From a virus, in the IMG/VR virus record IMGVR_UViG_3300034105_003151, positions 1-64,000 of that record: a DNA stretch of 64,000 nt; one strand, given 5' to 3'. The position numbers and the translations under genes are program-made. Shown piece after piece: positions 28,785 to 38,108 of the stretch (the first letter of the stretch is position 1; every line of letters starts with the position of its first letter). The notes below the pieces were generated by a model. The model was given only the letters and a program-made list of their open reading frames with translations, was not told where the DNA came from and did no database searches.

Positions 28785-29339
28785 ATGCCTATGCCATCAC
28801 CAGAAAATAACGAAGATAAAAGAAAATTTATAGAACGCTGTATGAGCAGCGAAGTAATGAAAAAGGATTATCCAGATTCTAAGCAACGAGTTGCTGTTTG
28901 CTATGGTCAAACTAGAAAAAAATCTAGAGGATCTATCCTAGTAGATTGTGCAGAACTGTATGCTATACAGGCGGGAATTGCTTCATGGGATGATGATTGG
29001 AATGAATTTACTTATGAAGAAGATATCTTAGATATTATTGATGAAGATGGAAGAATTGTTGCCAAAGATAAAAAAGCAGAAAAGAAAAGAGTTACGCTTA
29101 ACAAACCCTTTCGCACTCCAGACGGCCCCAAAAAATTCGCCGTATACGTCAAAAATGAGTCTGGCAACACGGTTATTGTTAGGTTTGGTGATCCCAACAT
29201 GGAAATTAAACGGGACGATCCTGAGAGGAAAAAGGCTTTTAGAGATCGAATGAATTGCGATAATCCAGGCCCAAAATGGAAAGCGAATTATTGGAGTTGT
29301 AAAATGTGGTCAAGTACAAATGTTAGTGATTTAACTTAA
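28785..29339 (+). CDS. two-module protein with C-terminal DUF6321-like domain
   Basis: MPMP...FIERCM...QRVAVCY; LNKPFRT...KKFAVYVK...VRFGD...YWSC. Confidence 0.7.
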   Translation: MPMPSPENNEDKRKFIERCMSSEVMKKDYPDSKQRVAVCYGQTRKKSRGSILVDCAELYAIQAGIASWDDDWNEFTYEEDILDIIDEDGRIVAKDKKAEKKRVTLNKPFRTPDGPKKFAVYVKNESGNTVIVRFGDPNMEIKRDDPERKKAFRDRMNCDNPGPKWKANYWSCKMWSSTNVSDLT

Positions 29340-29348
29340 GGAGAAAAG

Positions 29349-29882
29349 ATGTCAGACCAAACGACAATAGAAGAATTATTAAAAGAAGAACCAGTAAAAG
29401 CACAGGAAACAGAAGAATATTCCTCAAATCCCGTTATTGAACTTCTCAAGAAATCCTTAAATATACATTGGCAACAGACTACATCACTATCTGCTCAAGC
29501 TGTTCATCTTGATAGATGGGGATATAAGAAACTAGCTGCTGTTATTAAAGAAGACGCTCTAGAAGAACATCAACACGCTATGGTAAATATAGCAAGATTA
29601 GAATTTTTTGATGAAGACTACCAACCATTAGTAGTTGCTCCAGCTTCTTGGTCAAGACACGATATGTTAGCTATGATTAAATACAATCTTGACTCTGTTA
29701 GAGAAGCTTCACTAGCAGAAAGAGCCACTATTGTAGCAGCAAGATCGGTTGGTGATGAAATCACTGCTCAAATTATGATTCCTCTTCTTCAGGGTAGCGA
29801 AAATGGAATAGAATTATATGAGGGGTATCTAAAGTTAATTGATCAAATGGGCCTAGATAATTTCTTATCAATACAAGTATAA
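29349..29882 (+). CDS. bacterioferritin homolog with degenerate ferroxidase centre
   Basis: WGYKKLA, EEHQH, GDEIT, LIDQMGLDNFL align to Bfr; several metal ligands are replaced. Confidence 0.8.
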   Translation: MSDQTTIEELLKEEPVKAQETEEYSSNPVIELLKKSLNIHWQQTTSLSAQAVHLDRWGYKKLAAVIKEDALEEHQHAMVNIARLEFFDEDYQPLVVAPASWSRHDMLAMIKYNLDSVREASLAERATIVAARSVGDEITAQIMIPLLQGSENGIELYEGYLKLIDQMGLDNFLSIQV

Positions 29883-29893
29883 AGGAATAAATA

Positions 29894-30328
29894 ATGAGCA
29901 GACTAATAGAAATAATGAAAGCTGTTTCAGAAGAAATAGTTCGTCCTCTAAAAGCTGATCAAGAAGAGGAATTTCAAGAATATAAAAATGAACTATATGA
30001 AATGAATATATCAGCACTTAAAATCATGCTAAATAACATTAGTACAATATTGAACAATATAAAAGATCCCAAAGTCATGGAAAACTTGACAGAACCTTGG
30101 CTACAGGGTAAAATCTCTGTAGCAGAGGATTACATCAGTACGTTGCACGATTTCGTCATGTACGCCCAGGAATCAGACGATAGTGTAATAGCTGCTGATA
30201 AACCCGGCTTGTGGGAAAATATCAGAAAGAAAAAGGAAAAAGAAGGTAAGAAGTATCGCCCTGCTAAACCGGGAGATAAAGATAGACCGGACCCTGAACA
30301 ATGGAACAAGCTCACAAAAAAAGACTGA
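29894..30328 (+). CDS. modular hypothetical protein
   Basis: EPWLQGKISVAEDYI module plus PGLWENIRKK basic module. Confidence 0.65.
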   Translation: MSRLIEIMKAVSEEIVRPLKADQEEEFQEYKNELYEMNISALKIMLNNISTILNNIKDPKVMENLTEPWLQGKISVAEDYISTLHDFVMYAQESDDSVIAADKPGLWENIRKKKEKEGKKYRPAKPGDKDRPDPEQWNKLTKKD

Positions 30329-30370
30329 CGATTGTTTTTGATTTAATTGATTGACACCAAAGGAGACACC

Positions 30371-30928
30371 ATGGAATTTGATACATTGGTTGAGTATTAC
30401 ACTATTGCTAAGAAGACAATTTCTAAACTAGGTAGAAGATATTACCCATCTCTTGTAAAAGAAATGCTTAATAATGAAGATGCTATTAGTACTGTGGCAT
30501 CTGCAATTATGACAGCGGACTGGAAGTGGGACGCTACTAAGAAAGGCAAAATATCTGGGCTTAGTAAAAGTAAATATTCTTTTAGAAATCAATATGTTAT
30601 CTGGGCATTGAAAGATTATATCAGTGCTAAGTATAATAAAAATCACAAACAAGAAAAGCTTATTGAACACGCCAAGAATAATAAAACTAACGAATTTTCA
30701 TCAGACCCCGCAGAAATATATGAAGAAAAAGAAGAACGGGGCGATCTAATTAATAAGATCAATAATTGTGGTATGACAACGCTACAAAAAAATCAACTCA
30801 TAGAATATTACTTAAATGAGAGAACATATGAAGAGATAGGTTCGGAATATGGTGTGACAAGAGAAGCCGTTAGGCTGAATGTCAAAAAGGGATTGGAAAA
30901 ATTAAGAGGATTAATGAATGCAGTGTAA
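30371..30928 (+). CDS. phage-encoded RNA polymerase sigma factor-like protein
   Basis: Region-4 HTH ERTYEEIGSEYGVTREAVRLNVKKGLEKLR; region-2-like KWDATK...YSFRNQYVIWAL; AGGAG RBS. Confidence 0.8.
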   Translation: MEFDTLVEYYTIAKKTISKLGRRYYPSLVKEMLNNEDAISTVASAIMTADWKWDATKKGKISGLSKSKYSFRNQYVIWALKDYISAKYNKNHKQEKLIEHAKNNKTNEFSSDPAEIYEEKEERGDLINKINNCGMTTLQKNQLIEYYLNERTYEEIGSEYGVTREAVRLNVKKGLEKLRGLMNAV

Positions 30929-31244
30929 TATTCATGTTTTTTTCTACACATATTATGCAGAACAAATACTCGTTTTATCAAAAGATGACAAAGACCTTTT
31001 GCTGCCTTCAACATCATTAGAGAATCACGATTCATTAGATTCTGCAATACGCAATTTACTTTTAGATATTAATCATCTCAGCTCTCCAAAATTAGTATCG
31101 ATGGAATACAGTAAAGGAAAATCATTAGATTTATTTTATAGTATCCACATACCAAACAATAGAGTATATAAAGAAAAATTCTTGGACATCTCGCCCTATA
31201 TACCAGAAAATCAGATTGTGAGAAAATTTCTATGCGTAATTTGA
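30918..31244 (+). CDS. Nudix-fold-like protein lacking the Nudix box
   Basis: QILVL...LLLPSTSLENHDSLDSAIRNLL follows Nudix topology without the G/E residues. Confidence 0.4.
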   Translation: MQCNIHVFFYTYYAEQILVLSKDDKDLLLPSTSLENHDSLDSAIRNLLLDINHLSSPKLVSMEYSKGKSLDLFYSIHIPNNRVYKEKFLDISPYIPENQIVRKFLCVI

Positions 31245-31621
31245 TTCAAAAATTGAGAAGTTATTTTCTCAAACAAGAGATCAAGCAACCAAAATCTAAA
31301 GAGTCGGATCTTTATTGTTTAACTATTATATGTAATAAGAACACATATGAGATGGCTATGTATATTGATTATGACCTTATATTGAAAAATAGTCAAGATC
31401 CAGTGACAGATCCTGAAAAATTTGCTGCTTTTTTGCATACTCTTTATTCAGATAAGGAGTTATTTGGTACTATGATAAAGAATAATCTAGAAGTTAATAA
31501 TAATGATTTTACTAATACTGTAAGTAAATATCTAAATTTCTGGTTCAGTGAAGACCTGAAAAAGAAAAAGAAGAAAAAAGAACCACTCATTGACCCACTA
31601 CAGGTGTTTAAACATGGATAA
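31232..31621 (+). CDS. hypothetical protein
   Basis: ORF in a coupled operon. Confidence 0.55.
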   Translation: MRNLIQKLRSYFLKQEIKQPKSKESDLYCLTIICNKNTYEMAMYIDYDLILKNSQDPVTDPEKFAAFLHTLYSDKELFGTMIKNNLEVNNNDFTNTVSKYLNFWFSEDLKKKKKKKEPLIDPLQVFKHG

Positions 31622-32039
31622 TTTAATTATTTGGGAAAAATGGAGAGATCCTTTTTTGGGATATGACGAAAATGAGATAGATGTAGAACATCAAAATCAG
31701 AAAGCCGTTATAGACGCGGTTAATGATCATACCGATGAACCAGCGCCCGTGGCTAATTCTACTAAAGATGTTCGGGTTTTATCTACTCCTCTAGGTATTA
31801 TTCCTTTTAATGAGTTTACTGCTTCTGGAAAAATCTTTAATTTCTGGACAGGTCATACTAATTTTGATATTAGTGAAGACATTTGCAGAATAATGAAACG
31901 AACAGAAGGAGTTGAGACATTAACTATCTTTACAAGATATAGATTTAGAGTCTCTGTGGGTAAAGCTTTTGATGAAGCATCCATAAAAAGTAAGTTTTGT
32001 GAAAACGTATACAAATATCTTGATCAACAAAATGATTAA
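31614..32039 (+). CDS. hypothetical protein
   Basis: WEKWRDP...FWTGHTNF...GVE...RYRF. Confidence 0.65.
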   Translation: MDNLIIWEKWRDPFLGYDENEIDVEHQNQKAVIDAVNDHTDEPAPVANSTKDVRVLSTPLGIIPFNEFTASGKIFNFWTGHTNFDISEDICRIMKRTEGVETLTIFTRYRFRVSVGKAFDEASIKSKFCENVYKYLDQQND

Positions 32040-32715
32040 CGATAACGATACTGAACTAAGTAATATCCATACGTTCAATATTGATGATGCCTCAAGAGAA
32101 ATATATCTTCATCCATACATTGATTCATTAGAAGAACCTAGTGAAGCAACAATAGATTTTAGATGTGCAGTTAACTTGGAAAAAAATATTAGATATCTGG
32201 ATAGTAAGTCTATTGAGCCTATTTTAGTACATATGCATTTGCCGGGCGGTAATTGGGAAGATGCATTAGGGATGTATGACTGTATTAAATTATGCAAGAG
32301 TAGGGTGATTATTCTTGCTTATGGTAAAGTAGAATCTTCTAGTAGCATTATCTTACAGTCGGCTGGTTTAAGAATACTGATGCCTAATACATATGTGTTA
32401 ATTCACTATGGGTCTTTTGGGTTAACAGAGAGTGACCACCCCGGCACTGCTATAAGCCACGCCCACTGGAATGAAAAAGAATTAGATAAAACACTAAATA
32501 TCTTTACAGATAAGTGTATGGAAAGCCAATTAGCCAAAGAGAAAAAATGGAAAAGATTAATAACTAAGAAACATATTGCTGGTCAATTAAGAAGTAAAAG
32601 TGATTGGATACTATCAGCAGAAGAGGCGGTGTATTATGGTTTTGCAGATGGGGTTTTGGGTACTAAAAAATTCCCCAATATAGACTATCTAAAAACCTTT
32701 ATTAAGAAGCAATAA
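32032..32715 (+). CDS. clpP: ClpP-like serine protease
   Basis: PGG, AYGKVESSSS (Ser), LIHYG (His), SDWILSAEEAVYYGFAD (Asp). Confidence 0.8.
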   Translation: MINDNDTELSNIHTFNIDDASREIYLHPYIDSLEEPSEATIDFRCAVNLEKNIRYLDSKSIEPILVHMHLPGGNWEDALGMYDCIKLCKSRVIILAYGKVESSSSIILQSAGLRILMPNTYVLIHYGSFGLTESDHPGTAISHAHWNEKELDKTLNIFTDKCMESQLAKEKKWKRLITKKHIAGQLRSKSDWILSAEEAVYYGFADGVLGTKKFPNIDYLKTFIKKQ

Positions 32716-33374
32716 TGAATATAGAATATGCCAACTATGATATCGCATCAAACGAACAAGAATTCAAAGAAAACATAAACGCGGCCATAAAATATAAACT
32801 ATCTGTAATTTCTGTATTACCCTCGTTTATAAAACTAGCTAAATCTAGTCTGGCCACTGAAACAGACTCTCTAATAAAATTAGCCGCAATTATAGATTAT
32901 CCTTTAGGTGTTATGGATAATATAGAGAGAAAAAACTGTTTAATCCGTGCTATGGATAATGGTGCCCAAATTATCGAAATGGTAGTACCATCCTATTTAT
33001 TGTGTAATCGCAGATATGAGAAATTAAAACAGGACATCGTATCCTCTGCTGAGTTATGCGAGGCGGCAAAAGTTGAAGTCAGATATGTATTTGATTATAG
33101 TGTTTTTAATCAAGAAACAGTCTTAAAAGCCTCACACCTACTACATAATAATAAAATTAATACCATTTTAATGTCTACGGCTTTTAGACTAGATGATATA
33201 GCTGATCATATAATAGCCGCTTCCGTAGTAAAGAAAAAAATAAAAGATCTAAATATTATTATCAACGGTAATATTTGGAATAGTAGGCACATAGAACTCA
33301 TTAAAAAAATAGAAAATCTAGAAAGTGTTAGATGTTATTCTATTAATTCTCTAGATAAATTGGCTAATATGTAG
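32715..33374 (+). CDS. DeoC-like aldolase, catalytic lysines absent
   Basis: IDYPLG, GAQIIEMV; MSTAF replaces KTSTGF. Confidence 0.7.
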   Translation: MNIEYANYDIASNEQEFKENINAAIKYKLSVISVLPSFIKLAKSSLATETDSLIKLAAIIDYPLGVMDNIERKNCLIRAMDNGAQIIEMVVPSYLLCNRRYEKLKQDIVSSAELCEAAKVEVRYVFDYSVFNQETVLKASHLLHNNKINTILMSTAFRLDDIADHIIAASVVKKKIKDLNIIINGNIWNSRHIELIKKIENLESVRCYSINSLDKLANM

Positions 33375-33438
33375 TTAAATTATTTTTACGCTTTATGGAT
33401 TTTTAGGGGTATTATTATTTACAGATTACATCTTTTAC

Positions 33439-34026
33439 ATGGAGCAAAATATGGCCGAATTAAAACCAACTACAGGTGCTGCTTATACCGTTCCTTCTAA
33501 TGTTAAGGGTAGCGGAGCCGTAAATAATCGCGGAGTTGCTACAAGAACTGGCTCTGCCGCTTCTGGTAAACTATCTAACGTTGCTGTTAGCAGATATAGT
33601 GCTGGCGGATTCGGATCAGTAGTAATTGACAACTCATGGGTTGATAAAGCATTGAGTGCTGGTACTTTTCTTTCTAATACTCAAAGACCAATTGGAATAA
33701 GAGTAACTAGTACTTTAGCTGGTGTTGCTAATACAATTCTAAGATCAGGTGCTGATACTCCAGCATTTTTCAGAAGTATTCACAAGAGAGAAGTATGGAG
33801 AACTCATCTCTATACAACTGCTATTAGAGCAGGCGCTTGGAATATTACTACTGGTAGATGGACTAGCGGTATGGCTGGAATTAGTGGTGCTGGTTATGTA
33901 AGCGGAATTACTGATTCCGTTAATAGTGACGTTGCTGCTAATCCTAGTAGAACTGTCCCTGGTAGATTAGTGTTTAGAGGCGGTGCCGATCCAGTATCTA
34001 GAAACTATGCTAAAAAAACAGGCTGA
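33439..34026 (+). CDS. Gly/Ala/Ser/Thr-rich putative virion protein
   Basis: Composition; followed by a terminator. Confidence 0.5.
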   Translation: MEQNMAELKPTTGAAYTVPSNVKGSGAVNNRGVATRTGSAASGKLSNVAVSRYSAGGFGSVVIDNSWVDKALSAGTFLSNTQRPIGIRVTSTLAGVANTILRSGADTPAFFRSIHKREVWRTHLYTTAIRAGAWNITTGRWTSGMAGISGAGYVSGITDSVNSDVAANPSRTVPGRLVFRGGADPVSRNYAKKTG

Positions 34027-34056
34027 TAGTCGAATATAATCAAATTTAAATCAAGG

Positions 34057-34092
34057 AAATAGGCCAATGATATTATATCGTTGGCTTATTTT
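34057..34092 (+). terminator. intrinsic terminator hairpin
   Basis: AAATAGGCCAATGATA / TATCGTTGGCTTATTTT inverted repeat. Confidence 0.6.
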
Positions 34093-34109
34093 ACTAATGG
34101 AGACAAGCA

Positions 34110-34415
34110 ATGGATCATATTTGGCAGTATATTGCCACAACTAGTATGGGTATTATAATAAGTGGTATTAGTTTTTGGTTAGTAATAGCTAAAAATATAG
34201 TAACCAAAGAAGAAGTTAAGCATATGATTGAACATCAATCTCCATATATAAGTGACAAACAGTTTATCATGGAGAAATTAGCAACACATAAAGAAATGCA
34301 GAGTCAATTTGCTAATGCTTTGCAACGTAACACAGAAGTTATGGTGGAACTAAAAACACAAATAGCTGTTTTAGGAGAAACATTAAAAGCCTTAGAAAAA
34401 AGAGTAGAAAATTAA
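34110..34415 (+). CDS. membrane-anchored coiled-coil protein (holin-like)
   Basis: N-terminal TM plus heptads. Confidence 0.55.
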   Translation: MDHIWQYIATTSMGIIISGISFWLVIAKNIVTKEEVKHMIEHQSPYISDKQFIMEKLATHKEMQSQFANALQRNTEVMVELKTQIAVLGETLKALEKRVEN

Positions 34416-34697
34416 TATAAAGGGTAAAAACTATGCCAAGACCATTCACAGATATCCAAGCTTGTATTAGTGGTAATGTTGTAAAAAACGGATCTATAGT
34501 AACTAATGCTAGACCCGGTGGAATTTTTTCAAAAGAATTAATAGGAGCAGAATCATTTGGAGGATTAACATTAGGTTTTCATAATAATATTTCTAGCTTA
34601 CCAACAATCGCAACATTGTCTAACAAGTATGGTAATAGATTCTATAATGGCGTTTTTGTTAGAATTGCATCAGCTTCTGGCGTAATAGGATAAATAT

Positions 34698-35069
34698 ATG
34701 GCACTAATTAAACCGGGGTATAAAACTAGTGAATTCTGGTTTACTATGGTTTCTTTTCTTTTTAGCGGACTATATCTACTCGGTGTAATAGGAGATATAC
34801 AACATAAAGATGAATTGATTTCAAATGTAAGTCATGCCGTAGAGTCTTGCATATTGATCGGCGGTCAAACACTCGTTCTTTACAATTACATCAAAGGACG
34901 AAACCATATCAAAGAAACATGGTGGAGTTCAGCATCAGAAGAAGATAAGAAAGAACTAAAAGAATTCTATTATCGTAAAAAGAAAAAGAAAAAACCAACC
35001 AATGCAACTAAAAAAACTAGTACAAGAAAAAATATTGCTCCTAATAAACCAAGCGAAAGTGACGGCTAA
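34698..35069 (+). CDS. holin-like two-TM protein
   Basis: KPGYKTSEFW start, two TM segments, very basic C-terminal tail. Confidence 0.55.
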   Translation: MALIKPGYKTSEFWFTMVSFLFSGLYLLGVIGDIQHKDELISNVSHAVESCILIGGQTLVLYNYIKGRNHIKETWWSSASEEDKKELKEFYYRKKKKKKPTNATKKTSTRKNIAPNKPSESDG

Positions 35070-35394
35070 TACTAGTCACATAAGTCTACGAGATGCTTGG
35101 AAAATACTAGATAATAACATTAGTGATGTTGTAGTCATTTTACAATACTTTGCTTATGACTTATCTAAGCCAGAAAAAAAAGCAAAAGCTATGGAGATAA
35201 TGAGTAATTTCTATGATAGTGTTTTTACTGTTGTAGATTTTCCTTTTGTTCCAAAACTTTTACAACCTGTAATGCAAAAATATGTAAAAATAATACTTAT
35301 GGCACTAGTTGATGCTGCAATTGACTCTTCTGTTAGAGATATGCACAGAAAACTAAACCCAGAGTTAATGATTGTGCAAAGTGGCGTTAATTAA
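35002..35394 (+). CDS. hypothetical protein
   Basis: ORF in the membrane-protein operon. Confidence 0.55.
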   Translation: MQLKKLVQEKILLLINQAKVTANTSHISLRDAWKILDNNISDVVVILQYFAYDLSKPEKKAKAMEIMSNFYDSVFTVVDFPFVPKLLQPVMQKYVKIILMALVDAAIDSSVRDMHRKLNPELMIVQSGVN

Positions 35395-35406
35395 AAAGGA
35401 AATAAA

Positions 35407-35817
35407 ATGAAAGATACATTATTTACTGTTAACTATGATGAATTTAGCAAAGGAATGAATTCTACTAATCTATTACTATATGCGGGCATTGGGCTTGCTG
35501 TTTTTGTACTATTTAATAAAGACCCACTAAATTATGCAAAAAGTGTGGTGGATTTTATCAAATCGAAGTTATCTGGGGTAACACGCTCTGTTACGCCTTT
35601 AGTTATTACAGATACAGCAACCGATCCAAAGCTTCCAGTATCTCTTCCTGCATATGAACCATCTAAGGATGAGTTATTTTTTACTCTTATTGAAAGCTGG
35701 AAAAAAACACGCGACTTAGCAGTAAAAACAAACTGTACGGAAGCTGTTAAGGTTGCCGATCAAATGTTTCCTTTTTTAAGTCCAAATGGTTGTAAGAAAA
35801 TCGAGGAAAAAGCATGA
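35407..35817 (+). CDS. membrane protein
   Basis: Single TM segment. Confidence 0.6.
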   Translation: MKDTLFTVNYDEFSKGMNSTNLLLYAGIGLAVFVLFNKDPLNYAKSVVDFIKSKLSGVTRSVTPLVITDTATDPKLPVSLPAYEPSKDELFFTLIESWKKTRDLAVKTNCTEAVKVADQMFPFLSPNGCKKIEEKA

Positions 35818-36302
35818 ATAAAACAACTCTATTAATCGTCGCCGCTGTATTAATTTTTCTTGGAATATTTAAACCAGACCTCTCTAATCTGCTAAATAGA
35901 CCAGATCAGTCTGTAGTGGTGGAAGTTGTAGAATTAGCTGTTCCCGGTGATGACCTTAAAGTTGTCACGGAAAAACTGGTAAAAGTTATCAGTAGTAATG
36001 AAATTGACAAACAGACCAGCAATAGACTAAGAGATCTATATATTGATCTTGCCAAATTAACAGAACTTGACGAGGCAAATCAAATTATCACTAGTACAGA
36101 AGAAGTTCGTCAAGCTAATAGTATTTCTGGAATGATGCTAGGATTAGATATTAAGGGTAAATATAAAGATCTAGCAGAAGCCTCTAGACAAGTAATAGTA
36201 GAAGCTATTGGAGATGATCACATTCCTCTAAACAAAGATTTAAGACCAAAAGCTGTTAAAGCATTTTTAGCTTTAGCTTGGGCATACAACAACGTAAAGT
36301 GA
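35814..36302 (+). CDS. exported/membrane-anchored protein
   Basis: N-terminal signal anchor. Confidence 0.6.
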   Translation: MNKTTLLIVAAVLIFLGIFKPDLSNLLNRPDQSVVVEVVELAVPGDDLKVVTEKLVKVISSNEIDKQTSNRLRDLYIDLAKLTELDEANQIITSTEEVRQANSISGMMLGLDIKGKYKDLAEASRQVIVEAIGDDHIPLNKDLRPKAVKAFLALAWAYNNVK

Positions 36303-36310
36303 GGTAGATA

Positions 36311-37237
36311 ATGCCAAAATATACTCCAGAACAATGGTATAACGAATACAAAAAGGGTTATTCTAGTTGTATTTTTGAGCCTCATCATTTTGAACACTTA
36401 ATGCAAACACTGAAGTATCCCTTATTTGGTGATGCTAGTGGTAGAATTAAAGGTAGTGGAAAAGGTAAATTATCTACTCCATATAAAAGTGTATTAAAGT
36501 TTGATAAAAAGGCTTACGAAGAAAGACAAACTACTGGAGACTGTGTAAGTCATGGTACTCGTAATGCTTGTGATATTGTAAGAGCCACAGAAATAGATAT
36601 TGGTGGAGAAAGAGAAGCATGGATCGCCCGTGGTGCTACAGAAGCAATATATGGTGCGCGTGGTTTTAGTGGAGAAGGAATGAGTTGTAGTCGTGCTGCC
36701 GAATTCGTAAGTAAGATCGGTGGTATTATTCTTCGTAAAAACTATCCAGGCATTGCCGATTTTAGTAAATACAATGGTAGTCTAGGAGCAGGTTGGGGAG
36801 GTCGTGGCCTTCCCGACAAGGTATTAGACCTTGCTAATGACCACCAGATTAAAACAGTAAGTTTAATAAAGACTATAGAAGAAGCTAGAGATGCACTAGC
36901 TAATAATTATTCTATAGCTGTATGTTCTAATTATGGCTTTAGTGATAAAAGAGATAAGAAAGGATATGCTCGCAGACAAGGCAATTGGGGTCATTGTATG
37001 GCTTGGACAGCGGCAGACGATACTGGTAATGATTGTGGATTTTTAGTCCAAAATAGTTGGGGCAAATGGAATGATGGTGGGCATCCAGATTGGGGTCCAA
37101 TTCCTGATGGGGCATTCTTAATTCATAGTGATGATGCGGCAGGAATGTTGGCACAAAATGGTGCATACGCATTTTCTAATTTCGATGGCTTTCCTGTACA
37201 AAAACTATTAAGTTATGGCTTTGAGGATTACCTATGA
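36311..37237 (+). CDS. papain-like (C1) cysteine peptidase
   Basis: Q-TTGDC (Gln/Cys), WGHCM (His), VQNSWG (Asn). Confidence 0.85.
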   Translation: MPKYTPEQWYNEYKKGYSSCIFEPHHFEHLMQTLKYPLFGDASGRIKGSGKGKLSTPYKSVLKFDKKAYEERQTTGDCVSHGTRNACDIVRATEIDIGGEREAWIARGATEAIYGARGFSGEGMSCSRAAEFVSKIGGIILRKNYPGIADFSKYNGSLGAGWGGRGLPDKVLDLANDHQIKTVSLIKTIEEARDALANNYSIAVCSNYGFSDKRDKKGYARRQGNWGHCMAWTAADDTGNDCGFLVQNSWGKWNDGGHPDWGPIPDGAFLIHSDDAAGMLAQNGAYAFSNFDGFPVQKLLSYGFEDYL

Positions 37238-37402
37238 GACTAATAGATAAGATTGCTCTAAATAGTGCTATCAGAACATTAACTAAATTTCTACTTGATC
37301 TAATCAAATTATTTCAAGCTAAGAAAATTAACAGTCCATCTATTCCTTCTCCTATTGTAAAACCTAAAAAGAGAAAAAAGATACTTCCTTGGAGAAATAC
37401 AG

Positions 37403-37729
37403 ATGAATAAAGTATTGATGGTTTTAGCTTTATCAACATTAATTGTAGGATCAAATAGTTTATACAATGGATCAACTACTGCTCCTGTGGTATTAGCTGG
37501 TGCTATTATAAAAACTAAACATGGAGATGTTGATGTTAAAAAATATAAACGCAAAGATTGTCCTGTCTGTAAGGGTAAGGGATGGTATATGAGTGGAGAC
37601 AATATTAGTAAGGTTGATTGTGGATATTGTGAGCCAGATAATGGAAAAACAGAAGAAGTATTAGCAGAAAAAATACCAGCTCAAACAAAACCTATTATTC
37701 CATCAAGAGGTAGTCATGGCGGAAAATAA
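37403..37729 (+). CDS. exported protein with DnaJ-like zinc motif
   Basis: Signal peptide; CPVCKGKG...CGYC. Confidence 0.6.
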   Translation: MNKVLMVLALSTLIVGSNSLYNGSTTAPVVLAGAIIKTKHGDVDVKKYKRKDCPVCKGKGWYMSGDNISKVDCGYCEPDNGKTEEVLAEKIPAQTKPIIPSRGSHGGK

Positions 37730-38108
37730 AGAACTAGAAAATATTGCCAAAAGAATTATTCAAAACGCTAATGTAACCGATCCCAAGTGTGGTAGTGTTA
37801 TTCTAGTCTTAACCGTTATTAGTGTTATCTTAAGTTTAGTAAGAGTTATTCAAGAGTGTAATAAAAAAGAAACATCCTCATTAAGTTCATCACAAGAAAA
37901 AACAACTGTTTATCAATCTGAAATTAAATCTTTGAGTGTTCGCCGTGGTTGGTTTACAAAAATGAGAATCAAAAAATTACTTAAAAAAGAATTATCATCC
38001 GAAGATTTTGAAAAATATGGATTAAGTTTAGTTGATTCTATTATTACTGCTGGAGAAAATATAACAGCAGAAGATACCCAAACTCTTATAGGTGCTGCAA
38101 ATGTTTAA
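37716..38108 (+). CDS. membrane protein
   Basis: Single TM segment. Confidence 0.6.
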   Translation: MAENKELENIAKRIIQNANVTDPKCGSVILVLTVISVILSLVRVIQECNKKETSSLSSSQEKTTVYQSEIKSLSVRRGWFTKMRIKKLLKKELSSEDFEKYGLSLVDSIITAGENITAEDTQTLIGAANV

